A DNA stretch of 64,000 bases, from NCBI GenBank assembly GCA_965645245.1, contig OZ287086.1:806001-870000 (forward strand), in the 5' to 3' direction. The translations under genes and the position numbers were made by a program. This stretch comes from Massalongia carnosa. Lineage: Eukaryota. The notes beneath the pieces are model-generated. The model had not been told where the DNA came from. It did not search any database and was given only the letters and a program-made list of their open reading frames with translations. The first letter of the stretch is position 1; the number at the start of each line of letters is the position of its first letter. Of the stretch, positions 13,501 to 24,897 are shown piece after piece.

Positions 13501-14564
13501 AACGTCCGATGACTAAAATCGGACGGATAATTCTTCCATTCTCGACGATGTCTGCACATGGTTTTTCGAAGTTCAGTTAAATCATGCGACCACCAATTTT
13601 TCGATTTTGCACAAATTTTCGTTTTCGGAATAAACATTTCAGCCGCGTTTTTGATAACGTTTTGCAAATATATCGCTGATTCGTCGAATTGATGATTATT
13701 CAATAAACTTTGAACTTGTGATTCGTAGATGGTTGAATTTTCGTCTAGATACTTCGCGAATTTATTCCAATCAGCTTTATTGCAATTGTATTTATTCGAT
13801 AATGCGGTTGCATGTGACGTCAAGTTTTTGAAAGATGCGATTAGTTCAAATCGGATGACTTCATGATCAGAACCTGTGACTGCGTTTTCATCGATTGACC
13901 AATTTGTAATTGCATTTTCGATTTTAGAATTTGCAAAAGTTAAATCAATAACAGATGAAGAACTTCCAGAATGGGCGTAGTATGTACATAAGTCAGGTGT
14001 GTTTATCAAGCTACACCTGTTTAATTTCAACCATTTGACAAGATTTTCTGATCGAATTGCTTGTTGAATTTTCGAATTCCACCAGTTATGATGTGCATTG
14101 AAATCTCCACAGATGACGAATTGATCAGTTGATTTTGGTTGTAATTGGATTAAAAGTCGATCGATCGTGTATGTTTCTCGATCACTTTGACTTTTTTCGT
14201 TATAAATATTGAAAATCTGCACTTTTCGAACTTCATCAATTGTAATTTCAATAATTTGCATATCGGAATCGTCAATAAGATCCGTTCTAGGCGTGAATTG
14301 CAGTTTGGAATTGCCATTTGTGACAAATATAGCTACTCTCGAGCGATAAGTCGCTATTTTTGGCATAATACATGTAAATGACGGATGTGATATAGTTTTT
14401 TGATCTCGTGTCCATGGTTCCTGAAACAAAACAATATTAATTTGATTTGATAAAGCATATTCCAAACACGATATCATTGCATTCGTTGACTTTGCACAAT
14501 TATGTTGAATAAATTTAACATTTTGTGTATTTTCGATGTTTGTCAACGAATGCTGTCCTGCCAT
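10551..14564 (-). CDS. LINE ORF2 polyprotein: APE endonuclease, reverse transcriptase, RNase H, C-terminal Cys/His motif, 1337 aa
   Basis: QEPW, GDFNAHH, IDLTF, SDH; LLDVKGAFD, GIPQGSPISP, FIDD, WLGV; YTDGS, AELHAI, FSDS, WVPSH, NEIAD; CTNRC...PEHLLLNC. Confidence 0.97.
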   Translation of the reverse strand: MAGQHSLTNIENTQNVKFIQHNCAKSTNAMISCLEYALSNQINIVLFQEPWTRDQKTISHPSFTCIMPKIATYRSRVAIFVTNGNSKLQFTPRTDLIDDSDMQIIEITIDEVRKVQIFNIYNEKSQSDRETYTIDRLLIQLQPKSTDQFVICGDFNAHHNWWNSKIQQAIRSENLVKWLKLNRCSLINTPDLCTYYAHSGSSSSVIDLTFANSKIENAITNWSIDENAVTGSDHEVIRFELIASFKNLTSHATALSNKYNCNKADWNKFAKYLDENSTIYESQVQSLLNNHQFDESAIYLQNVIKNAAEMFIPKTKICAKSKNWWSHDLTELRKTMCRHRREWKNYPSDFSHRTFKHSRIEYFHAIRKAKQQTWLTFLENAANKDVFTAYKYTKPRIFEKIPPILHENKLNVQFDDKCDAFVSAMYTKNPFIDDNEEDLSNQDSVNDDNWPDLTENELKNAISLFNPKKACGPDAINFTIVQKSFQSLKNVFFMIYSKFIRIGYHPLCWRTGLGAVLKTPNKSDYSFPKSYRIITLLNCLGKIAEKIVANRLAYFGENSNLLDIEQMGGRKNHSAIDAVMNVVHDIEIANRNKNVLSCLLLDVKGAFDFVSINQLLNVMKKLKLSRIIIQWVKHFMTKRSINLIFDENLSKTYYVESGIPQGSPISPILFLIYIRHLFPKIRMKFNAHSPSFIDDVAIYVENKTAKQNCKEIEIIVKTAFDWAASNNVKFDDDKSELIHFEKTRNVSKDKLELPNGTVLEPKNVVKWLGVWLDRKLNFKKHVETRISSANRSFFAIQNLMKSEWGLKPTACRQLYMSCIIPISDYGSEIWYNGQKKYEKLFQNLQNQMIRKILGTFKTTPIQAMEIESHVLPVKLRLLMKNQKYAIRLLKIAENNPICQRIPNTYSIKFENIGFDTILWNNKYAEWNEDEKQTNKRHPSQLIRVLHSVSDIVHKTDEFEQSNHFIKPWKSPCKIKFQIENTKESAKSSYYSTLSKIKSMNSDKSRVLLYTDGSKIEFATSAVTFAPVIRNWSNIINNFNRFIEKDCLIKYHTISKSWKLSKKSSIKNAELHAILQAMKWVYKMSNTNILSNLEKTIWIFSDSINAINEIQNLTNHIFARQIRKLAKILFESNFQVILQWVPSHSNITENEIADKIAKTGQNQILVESSAITFDYVKDQINQNMLTTWTNQWQQCKSKGKYYEKFEMKPGISRFYYLSNNCSKLIFATIMQLKFGHGYFRSYLQRLKDYNSSKCTNRCNQRQTPEHLLLNCIHYFDEIQNMKQNIDTTINLNMLFNTKIGNDILIKFIVNNKIATRKWILGQLDDEIFETGGWGEIEQ

Positions 14565-16222
14565 TACAAAGCGGCTAATTCGTCAGTCGATTTTCGAACA
14601 TTTAACGATATAACCATTTCACAATTTTCATCATTGGATTGATGATTCTTGTTGCAATTCGCGCATTTGACAACGGCGTGTGCACAAGCAATTTTTGACT
14701 TGCATGTTGTGCATTCATGATTGCGTGTTTCATGGTTTTGCGCACATATGCTGCATTTCGCTTGACTTTTGCATTGATAATGCTTGTGTCCAAATTTTTG
14801 ACAATTAATGCATTGTGTGTTTGGACGAACGGAGGTAAATATTTCCGTGTCACAATGTCGGCCCGCGATATTGACTCCTTTTAACGCGTTCAAGGCCATA
14901 TTTCGATCATTGAATGTCAAAACAACGGATGATTTGATCTTGTTATGACGATCAAGTGCTAGCCATCTGGGAACATCGCATAATTGCATGTTCGAATTGA
15001 ACTTTTGAATTTCGTCTTGCAAATATTGCATATTTTCATCAAATGTTGCAATATTTACACCGTGTGCGACGACTTTGAACCACGATTCGTCCTTTCGAAC
15101 TGTTCGTGGGTCGAATAAATGCTCCCATATTGATTTATTGTTCAATAAATCTTCAGCAGTGTTATCAGGACTAGTAGTCAGAACGATGTTTTGACCCGTT
15201 TTGGACTTTTCGACCGTGTTAACAACGATAGTCAATTTCGCGTCTTTAAAAAGCGAATTGATTTGGTTTCGAAGCAACAGTGAATCGATATCGCCGATTT
15301 GAGCTTTCGGTGTGATTATCAATCGTCGAGATTTGATCGCCTTGAAATCGTCAGTATTATCGAATTTGTTCGCATTCGAATTATTGTTGTTGTTCTTGTT
15401 TGTTTTTTTGGATCGAGGAACGGTAGTCCAATTTTCGGAATTGACAGTCGCTTTTCCGAGCATTTGGCTCCATGTTCTAGCTGTATCGTTGACCTGCGGC
15501 CCTGGGACTCCGGCGGTTTCGCTCCGAATTTCTGGGTTGACGTTTTGAGTCAAATTCGAATTTCCATTTGAATTTCCCTTCGATTTTGTCTGTATAGGAT
15601 GCACCGATTGTCTCTTTGTTTCTGGAATTTGGCTAGTTTGTTCTAGCACCCTATTCAATTTCCAATCAATCATTTCTAACGTTGCTTTTGGCTTGATCGA
15701 TTTCTTTGCCAGTAGAGAATTGACGTGATCGATGACCATAGCCGTTTCGGGGTTTTGATCTATTACGAATGACTCTAATAATGCATTTTTTGCCGTATTC
15801 AATAGTTGAATCGATTTTGATCGATTGATGACTTCTTGACTCTCAATCGAATGTTCGTCAAATGTTCGTCTTTTGTTGCGTTTAATTGGTGGACTCAGTC
15901 GAATATCAGAATTCAATGATGGCATGGGCAGATTGGTACTGAATTCACCAGATGGCGCGACAAAAGTTTTCGTTTTTGGGGTGGGTGTGGACGGTGCGGA
16001 CGAAAATTCTCGCGTTTGGTCCATGGCCTCCGTGGATTCTACGGTTAGGGGGTTGCTCCCAATTATCGCTACCGAAGATGGCGTGGGGGAGTCGGTTCGG
16101 GGGGGGCACGGGGGAGTACTCGGGGGGACCCATAGATGTTGTGGAGGGGGGCCTGGGGGAGGAGTTGTTGGTATCAATCGATTTGGTCTATGACCTATCG
16201 GGTTAAATCTTCGATTGAGCAT
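14564..16222 (-). CDS. LINE ORF1 gag-like nucleic-acid-binding protein, 552 aa
   Basis: Pro-rich N-terminus; C-terminal CX2CX4HX4C and further Cys/His knuckles. Confidence 0.95.
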   Translation of the reverse strand: MLNRRFNPIGHRPNRLIPTTPPPGPPPQHLWVPPSTPPCPPRTDSPTPSSVAIIGSNPLTVESTEAMDQTREFSSAPSTPTPKTKTFVAPSGEFSTNLPMPSLNSDIRLSPPIKRNKRRTFDEHSIESQEVINRSKSIQLLNTAKNALLESFVIDQNPETAMVIDHVNSLLAKKSIKPKATLEMIDWKLNRVLEQTSQIPETKRQSVHPIQTKSKGNSNGNSNLTQNVNPEIRSETAGVPGPQVNDTARTWSQMLGKATVNSENWTTVPRSKKTNKNNNNNSNANKFDNTDDFKAIKSRRLIITPKAQIGDIDSLLLRNQINSLFKDAKLTIVVNTVEKSKTGQNIVLTTSPDNTAEDLLNNKSIWEHLFDPRTVRKDESWFKVVAHGVNIATFDENMQYLQDEIQKFNSNMQLCDVPRWLALDRHNKIKSSVVLTFNDRNMALNALKGVNIAGRHCDTEIFTSVRPNTQCINCQKFGHKHYQCKSQAKCSICAQNHETRNHECTTCKSKIACAHAVVKCANCNKNHQSNDENCEMVISLNVRKSTDELAAL

Positions 16223-17157
16223 AGTGTTTTTGCCTTTGCAATATCCCTTTTATCGCCACCAAATAATTTATTCTGACTTTCCCCGGACGTACTAGTCAGA
16301 ATAGAATTTACACCTGTTTGTTTACTGGTCAAATGACTCTTTCTTTCCTATCCCTATTTATTTGACTATAACGCGTCAAATAAATCCTAATCGGGTTAAA
16401 ATAGACCGTTCCTCGCTAAGGCAGTAAGTCTTATTTAACCTTTTACCAGACACTACAATAGGTGAAAATAATGAAAGTTTTTTTTTTTGCTTTTTTCAAT
16501 AAAGATAAATTTTAATGCAATGTAAGACAATAGGAGACTTCCTATTCTGATTAATCTGAAACAGGACCTTTGGTATAATCCTATTCCAGACGTTTTTCCC
16601 CTTCTTTTCAGTGATCTGTTGACCGGCCGTTCAACGAAGATCTATAAAGCCGAAAATGGAATGTGCAAAAATTATACGTGAAATATGCTATGAAAATTTG
16701 TGCTTGCGGAAGTTCCCGTAACCTTAAATGAGGAATGAACTTTAGAAGACTCTGACGTCGCGACAGTTGTTGTACAGTCCCGCGAGAGTAGATAATTTTT
16801 GTAGATAATTTTTATAGTAATAATTGAAGGTCATGCGACAACAGAACAGAAGAAAACAAGAAAAAAGAGCGATTTTTGGTGAGGTTGTTGGTATTTGTTG
16901 TTTTTTCCAACTTCTAGAGCGCGCTTTATCACGTCGGTCGCGTGCGACCAGCAGAAAAACTCTGCTGGAGCTTTGCTAGAGCTCTCCTACACTCAATCTG
17001 AGAGCGTTTTAACTCTGGAGGAGCGCAAATGACTGAGAAATAGAGGCTCAATTGACTGTTAAAGTTATAGTGTATCAAAAGTTGCGGTACTTGTGTTTCT
17101 TGTTGTTCAGGCGTGGTGGGATCCGTAACATCGTCTATAAAGCTAGGTGAATGAGCC

Positions 17158-17910
17158 CAACTTCCGCTGTCACATTTGCACCAATTATGCGAAATTGGAA
17201 CAATTTCACCGATAACTTCAATCGTTTTATCGAAAAAGATTTTCTACTCAAAGATCATAGGATTTCGAAAAGCTGGAAATTAAACAAACAGTCAAGCGTT
17301 AAAAACGCTGAACTGTATGCGATACTACAAGCAATAAAATGGGCATTCAAATTGACAATTGCGAATATTCTCTTCAATTTGGAAAAAACGATTTGGATTT
17401 TTTCCGATAGCATAAACGCGATAAACGAAATCCAGAACTTAACAAATCATACTTACGCAAAACAAATTCGAAAATTCTCGAAATGCTTATTCGGAAACAA
17501 TTATCAGGTGGTTCTACAATGGATTCCTAGTCATTCGAAAATAATCGAAAATGAAGTTGCAGATAAAGCAGCAAAAGCGGGACATCGTCGAATCCTAGTC
17601 GAGTCTTCGATAATAAAATTTGATTATGTAAAGGGTCAAATAAATCGAAATAGGTTAGCCACATGGGCGAATCAATGGCAACAATGCAAGTCAAAAGGCA
17701 AATACAATGAGAAATTCGAAATGCAGCCGGGCAAATCGAGTTTTTTTTATCTGTCGAATAATTATTCGAAATTGATATTTGAGACTATTAAGAAAATGAA
17801 ATTCGGATACGGTTATTTTCGATCATATCTGCACCGATTGAAAGATTATAATTTGTCAAAATGCACAGGGCGCTGCAACGAACGTCAAACGCCAGAACAC
17901 TACTTGATGA
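17158..17910 (+). pseudogene. LINE B ORF2 3' part (RNase H and C-terminal Cys region)
   Basis: Continues B exactly after the duplicated caacttccgctgtc (TSAVTFAP...). Confidence 0.9.
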
Positions 17911-18146
17911 TTTTTTTAATTTTTTTATTCATTAAGTGTATTCAACCTAAGGTTATGACACTAAACTATTTTAGGATATGTTTCTATGTTACAAATAAAT
18001 CAACCCTTTATAACCCATCTATGTATCGTCAATTTTTCCCCCGTTTTTACTCCGTGTTAGTAACAACCTATAGTAATCGAAAATTATCGATTTTACATTT
18101 TATCTTTGTAAGTTCGTAACTGTTTCAGCATAAATCGTTTCTGATT

Positions 18147-21100
18147 TTACTGTTCGATCTCTCCCCAACCTCCAGTTTCGAAAATATCGTCATCAAGCTG
18201 ACCTAGTATCCATTTTCTAGTCGCGATTTTGTTATTGACAATGAATTTAATCAAAATGTCATTTCCGATTTTTGTATTAAACAACATATTCAAGTTGATC
18301 GTAGTATCGATGGTTTGTTTCATGTTTTGAATTTCATCGAAATAGTGAATGCAATTCAATAACAAGTGTTCTGGCGTTTGTCGTTGATTGCATCGATTTG
18401 AGCATTTTGACGAATTATAATCTTTCAATCGATGTAAATATGATCGAAAATAGCCGTGTCCGAATTTTAATTGCATAATAGTAGCAAATATCAATTTGGA
18501 ACAGTTGTTTGATAAATAATAAAATCTCGATATACCAGGTTTCATTTCGAATTTCTCGTAGTATTTGCCTTTTGATTTGCATTGTTGCCATTGATTCGTC
18601 CATGTGGTTAGCATATATTGATTTATTTGATCTTTTACATAATCAAATGTTATAGCCGAGGTCTCGACTAGGATTTGATTATGGCCCGTCTTTGCTATTT
18701 TGTCTCCAATTTTGTTTTCGGTAATATTCGAATGACTCGGAACCCATTGCAAAATCACCTGATAATTGCTTTCAAATAAGCGTTTTGCGAGCTTTCGAAT
18801 TTGTCTTGCGAAAATATGATTTTTCAAGTTCTGAATTTCGTTTATCGCGTTTATACTATCAGAAAAAATCCAAATCGTTTTTTCCAAGTTCGATAAAATA
18901 TTAGTATCAGACAATTTATAGACATCTCACTGCTTGTAAAATTGCATGCAGTTCAGCATTTTTAATGCTTGACTGTTTGCTTAATTTCCAGCTTTTCGAA
19001 ATCGTATGATACTTGATCAGACAATCTTTTTCGATAAATCGATCAAAATTATTGATAATACTACTCCAATTCCTCATAATTGGCGCAAATGTGACTGCAG
19101 ACGTTGCAAATTCGATTTTTGATCCATCCGTATAAAGTAAAACTCGGGATTTATCGGAGTTCATTGATTGAATTTTGGATAAGGTCGAATAATAACTTGA
19201 TTTAGCAGATTCCTTTGTATTTTTGATTTGAAATTCGATTTTGCACGGCGATTTCCAAGCTTTTATAAAATGATTTGATTGTTCAAACTCATCAGTTTTG
19301 TGAACTATGTCGGAAACGGAATGAAGAACGCGAATGAGCTGACTAGGATGTCGTTTATTTGTTTGTTTTTCGTCTTCGTTCCATTCGGCATATTTGTTGT
19401 TCCATAAACTAGTGTCAAAACCGATGTTTTCGAATTTTATCGAATATGTATTTGGAATTCTTTGACAAATAGGGTTATTTTCGGCAATCTTCAATAATCG
19501 AATTGCGTATTTTTGATTTTTCATTAATAATTGAAGTTTAACTGGTAAAACATGTGATTCAATTTCCATCGCCTGAATAGGTGTGGTTTTGAAAGTTCCT
19601 AAAATCTTTCGAATCATTCGATTTTGTAGGTTCTGAAATAGTTTTTCATATTTCTTTTGACCATTATACCAAATTTCGGAGCCATAGTCCGAAATAGGAA
19701 TAATGCATGACAAATATAGCTGTCTGCATGCGGTCGGTTTCAGACCCCATTCGGATTTCATCAAATTCTGAATTGCAAAAAACGATCGATTCGCAGAAGA
19801 GATTCGCGTTTCGACGTGTTTTTTGAAATTCAGTTTCCGGTCTAACCAGACGCCCAACCATTTGACTACATTTTTCGGTTCTAGTACTGTCCCGTTTGGT
19901 AATTCCAATGTTTCTTTCGATACATTTCTTGTCTTTTCGAAGTGAATCAGCTCGGATTTATCGTCATCAAATTTGACATTATTCGATGCGGCCCAATCAA
20001 AAGCTGTTTTGACTATGATTTCGATTTCTTTGCAATTCTGTTTTGCAGTTTTATTTTCGACATATATTGCAACATCGTCAATAAAACTGGGAGAATGTGC
20101 ATTAAATTTCATTCGTATTTTCGGAAACAAGTGACGAATGTAAATCAGAAATAGAATAGGCGAGATTGGTGAACCTTGTGGAATTCCTGATTCGACATAA
20201 TATGTTTTGCTTTTGTTTTCATCGAATATCAAATTGATCGATCGTTTTGTCATGAAATGCTTGACCCATTGAATTATTATGCGAGATAATTTCAGCTTTT
20301 TCATGACATTTAGCAGTTGATTAATCGAGACAAAGTCAAATGCGCCTTTGACATCGAGTAATAAACAGGATAAAACGCTTTTATTTCGATTCGCAATTTC
20401 GATATCATGAACGACGTTCATTACTGCGTCAATTGCAGAATGATTTTTGCGTCCGTCCATCTGTTCGATATCTAGTAAATTCGAATTTTCGCCGAAGTAG
20501 GCTAGTCGATTTGCAACGATTTTCTCAGCATTTTTACCAAGACAATTTAGTAATGTGATAATTCGATATGATTTTGGTAGCGAATAGTCTGATTTATTAG
20601 GTTTTTTCAGAACTGCACCGAGTCCTGTCCGCCAGCATAACGGGTGATAACCGATTCGAATGAATTTCGAATAAATCATGAAAAACACGTTTTTCAACGA
20701 TTGAAACGATTTTTGAACAATTGTAAAATTGATTGCATCAGGTCCATATGCTTTCTTCGGATTAAATAAATTAATCGCATTTTGCAGCTCGTTTTCGGTC
20801 AAATCCGGCCAATTATCATCATTTTCGCTGTCTTGATTTGGTAAATCTTCGACATTATCGTCTATAAATGGGTTTTTTGTGTACATTGCTGACACAAGCG
20901 CATCGCATTTGTCATCAAACTGAACATTAAGCTTATTTTCATGTAGAATCGGCGGTATTTTTTCGAATATACGCGGTTTAGTATATTTATACGCGGTAAA
21001 CACGTGTTTATTCGCTGCATTTTCTAGAAAAGTCAACCAGGTTTGTTGTTATTCTTTTCGAATTGCATGAAAATACTTGATTCGACTATGTTTAAACGTC

Positions 21101-22158
21101 CGATGACTAAAATCGGACGGATAATTCTTCCATTCTCGACGATGCCTGCACATGATTTTTCGAAGTTCGGTTAAATCTTGCGACCACCAATTTTTCGATT
21201 TTGCACATATTTTTGTTTTCGGAATAAACATTTCAGCCGCGTTTTTGATAATTTTTTGCAAATGTATCGCTGATTCGTCGAATTGATGATTATTCAATAA
21301 ACTTTGAACTTTTGATTCGTAGTTGATTGAATTTTCGTCTAGAAACTTCGCGAATTTATTCCAATCGGCTTTATTACAATTGTATTTATTCGATAATGCG
21401 GTTGCATGTGACGTCAAATTCTTGAAAGATGCGATTAGTTCAAATCGGATGACTTCATGATCTGAACCTGTGACTGCGTTTTCATCGATTGCCCAGTTTG
21501 TAATTGCATTTTCGATTTTAGAATTTGCAAATGTTAAATCAATAACAGATGATGAACTTCCAGAAAGGGCGTAGAATGTGCATAAATCAGGTGTGTTTAT
21601 CAAACTACATTTGTTTATTTTCAACCATTTGACTAAATTTTCTGATCGAATTGCATGTTGAATTTTCGAATTCCACCAGTTATGATGTGCATTGAAATCT
21701 CCACATATGATGAATTGATTAGTTGATGTAGGTTGATATTTGATTAAAAGTCGATCGATCGTGTATGTTTCTCGATCATTTTGACTTTTTTCGTTATAAA
21801 TATTGAAAATCTGCACTTTTCGAACTTCATCAATTGTAATTTCAATAATTTGCCTATCGGAATCGTTAATAAGATCCGTTCTAGGCGTGCATTGCAGTTT
21901 GGAATTGCCATTTGTGACAGATATAGCTACTCTCGAGCGATAAGTTGCTATTTTCGGCATAATGCATGTAAATGACGGATGTGATATTGTTTTTTGATCT
22001 CGTGTCCATGGTTCCTGAAACAAAACAATATTAATTTGATTTGATAAAGCATATTCCAATCACGAAATCATTGCATTCGTTGACCTTCCACAGTTGTGTT
22101 GAATAAATTTGACATTGTGAGTATTTTCTATATTTGCCAACGAATGCTGTCCTGCCAT
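18147..22158 (-). pseudogene. LINE D ORF2 with stops and a frameshift
   Basis: Pieces 21049-22059, 18916-21036 and 18147-18914 colinear with C ORF2. Confidence 0.93.
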
Positions 22159-23732
22159 TATAAGGCGGATAATTCGTCAGCCGATTTTCGTGGATTTAAT
22201 GCAGTAAACATTTCACAATGTTCATCATTTGATTGATGATTTTTATTGCAGTTTGCACATTTCACAACAACGTGTGCACACGCAGTTTTCGATTTGCATG
22301 TTATGCATTCATGATTACGTGTTTCATGATTTTGTGCACAAATATTGCATTTTGATTTGTTTCGACACTGATAATGCTTGTGTCCGAATTTTTGACAATT
22401 AATACATTGTGTATTCGGACGAACGTAAATAAATATTTCCGTGACACAGTGTTTTCCCGCGATATTTACGCCTTTTATCGCGTTTAAGGCCTGATTTCGA
22501 TCGTTAAAAGTCAAAACGACCGAAGAATTGACTTTATTTTCGCGATCTCGCGCTAGCCATCTGGGTAAATCGCACAATTCCATGTTAAGGTTGACTTTTT
22601 GAATTTCATTTTGCAAAAATTGCATATTTTGATCAAACGTTGCAATATTTACTCCATGTGCGATCACTTTAAACCAGGATTCGTCTTTTCGAATTCTTTG
22701 TGCATCGAACATATGTTCCAATATAGATTTGTTTTCCAACAATTCTGCAGCAGTGTTTTTCGAACTAGTAGTGAGAACGATATTCTGACCGGTTTTCGAT
22801 TTTTCGACCGTGTTGATTACGATATCTAACTTCGCGTTGCTGAATTGCGCGTTGATTTGATCTCGAAGTTTCAATGAGTCGATATCGCCGATTTGAATTT
22901 TTGGTGTAATTATCAGTCGTCTGAGTTTGATTGCATTTAATTCGTCGGTTTTGTCGAGTTTGTTCGAGGTTTGACTCGAATTTTTCGATCTGGAAACAGT
23001 GGTCCAATTTTAGGAATTCGCAGTTGCTTTTCCAAGCATTTGACTCTAGGATAGAGGCGTGTTATTGACCTTTGTACTCGTAACCCCGGCGGTTTCCTTT
23101 CGTGCGTTCGTGTTGACGACTTTATTTGGATTTTCAGTCATATTGACTTGTTGAACCCGAATCGATTTTCGCGTTGTTTCTTAGGTTCGATTACTAGTCT
23201 GATCAATTACCTTGTCCAATTTCCAATTCATCATGTCTAGTGTTGTTTTGATATTAATTGATTTTTTTGTCAATAAGGAATTGACATTATCAATGACTAT
23301 TGCTGTTTCTGGATTTTGATCTTAGACAAATGACTTCAATAACGCGGTTTTAGCCGTTTTGAGTAATCCAATCGATTGTGCTCGATTGATTGCTTCTTGG
23401 CTTTCCTCTACTCGTTCGTCGAATGTTTTTCGTTTGTTACGTTTGATGGGCGGGCTTAATTCTATATTAGAATTTAACGATGGCATGGGTAGATTGGTAG
23501 TAAATTGTCCAGATGGGAATTTGGTTGCTTTTGGGGTCGGCGTAGTCGGGGCGGACGAATATTCATGTGATTGATCCATAGGCTCGTCAAGTACAGGCGA
23601 ATTTTCTATAAGTCCTACTGACGAGAGCCCCGGAGATTCCATTTGGGGAGGGTTTTGAGGAGTGCTCAGGGGTGTTCCCGGGGAGGCTCTCGATATAATT
23701 CGTCGAGTCCTAGGGAGTACCGGATTGAACAT
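22158..23732 (-). pseudogene. LINE D ORF1 with stops
   Basis: Pieces 23322-23732 and 22158-22874; N-terminus diverged from C. Confidence 0.9.
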
Positions 23733-24638
23733 GATTTAATAAATAAATCGATATGCCTTTTCAATATCCCTTTTATCACCACCAAATAATTTTTTCTGAT
23801 GTTCCCCGGACGTACTAATCAGAATAGAAATTTACACCAATTTACAGGTCTAACGACTCTTGCTTTCCTATCCCTATTTATATGACAATAACTCGTCAAA
23901 TAAATCCTAATCGGGTTAAAATAGACCGTTCCTCGCTTAGGCAGTAAATCTTATTTAACCCTTTACCAGACACTACAATAGTTGAAAATAATGAAAGTTT
24001 TTTTTTTTGCTTTTTTGCGATAAAAATAGATCTAAGGCAAGGTAAGATAATAAGAGACTTCCTATTCTGATTAATCTGAAATAGGATCTTTGGTATAATC
24101 CTATTCCAGACGTTTTTCCCCTTCTTTTCAGTGATCTGTTGACCGGCCATTCAATGGAGATCGATAAAGCCTAAAATGGTTTATGCAGAAATTATACGTG
24201 AAATATACTGTGAATATTTGAGCTTGCGGAAGTTCCCGTAACCTTAAATGAGAAATGAACTTCAAAAAAGATGGTCGTCGCGACAGTTGTTGTACAGTAC
24301 CGCGACAGTAGATATTTTTTGTAGATAATTCTTGTAGTAATAATTGAGGGTAATGCGACAACAGAACAGAAGAAAGTGAGAAAAAAGAGCGATTTTTGGT
24401 GATATTTTTGGTATTTGTTGTTTTTTATAACTTCTAAAGCGCGCTTTATCACGTCTGTCGCGTGCGACCTGCAGAAAATCTCTGCTGGAGCTTTGCTAGA
24501 GCTCTCCTACACTCAATCTGAGTCCGTTTTTGCTCTGGAGGAGCTCAAATGACTGAGAAAGAGATGTTCAATTGACTGTGAAAGTTTTAGAGTATCAAAA
24601 GTTGCGGTACTTGTGTTTCGATAGGTGGTCTTTGGTGT

Positions 24639-24897
24639 GGTTGGGGAGAGATCCAACAGTAAAATCAGAAACGATTTAGGCTGAAACAGTCACGAACTTA
24701 CAAAGACAAATTTTAAAATAGATATTCTTCGATTACTATAGGTTGTTACTAACACGGAGTAAAAATGGGGAAAAATTGACAATACATAGATGGCTTATAA
24801 AGGGTTGATTTATTTGTAATATAGAAACATATCCAAAATAGTTTAGTGTCATAACCTTAGGTTGAATACACTTAATGAATAAAACAAAAAATAAAAA
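24639..24897 (+). mobile_element. Short 3'-terminal LINE fragment (GWGEIQQ-stop, 3'UTR, A-rich tail), C-type
   Basis: Reverse complement of C at about 10320-10574; diagnostic positions match C rather than D; ends aataaaacaaaaaataaaaa. Confidence 0.9.

Larger units (their letters stand above)
10304..17157 (-). mobile_element. Full-length intact Tad1-like LINE copy C with 14-bp TSD and A-rich tail
   Basis: TSD caacttccgctgtc at 10290-10303 and 17158-17171; (T7A)n tail at about 10304-10333; two open ORFs; ~880 nt 5'UTR; ~215 nt 3'UTR. Confidence 0.97.
5763..17910 (+). mobile_element. Tad1-like LINE copy B (diverged subfamily, degenerate), split by insertion of C and ending at insertion of D
   Basis: ORF1 pieces 5775-7239; ORF2 pieces 7239-10303, resuming 17158-17910 (RNase H: AELYAI, FSDS, WIPSH; ends near CNERQTPEH). 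Confidence 0.92.
17911..24619 (-). mobile_element. Tad1-like LINE copy D, full length but degenerate, related subfamily
   Basis: T-rich tail at 17911; ORF2 and ORF1 with stops; 5'UTR homologous to C ending gcggtacttgtgtttc; no TSD seen. Confidence 0.93.

Noticed and set aside
17151..18119. Stand-alone host RNase H gene (322 aa)
   Set aside because: It is the 3' part of LINE B ORF2; the ATG comes from the extra 5' sequence of C and the C-terminus from the antisense tail of D.
24639..24897. Twin-priming 5' inversion, or the true 3' end of B
   Set aside because: The tail faces inward toward E, unlike twin-priming products, and the sequence is C-type with no TSD linking it to B (the B link is not fully excluded).
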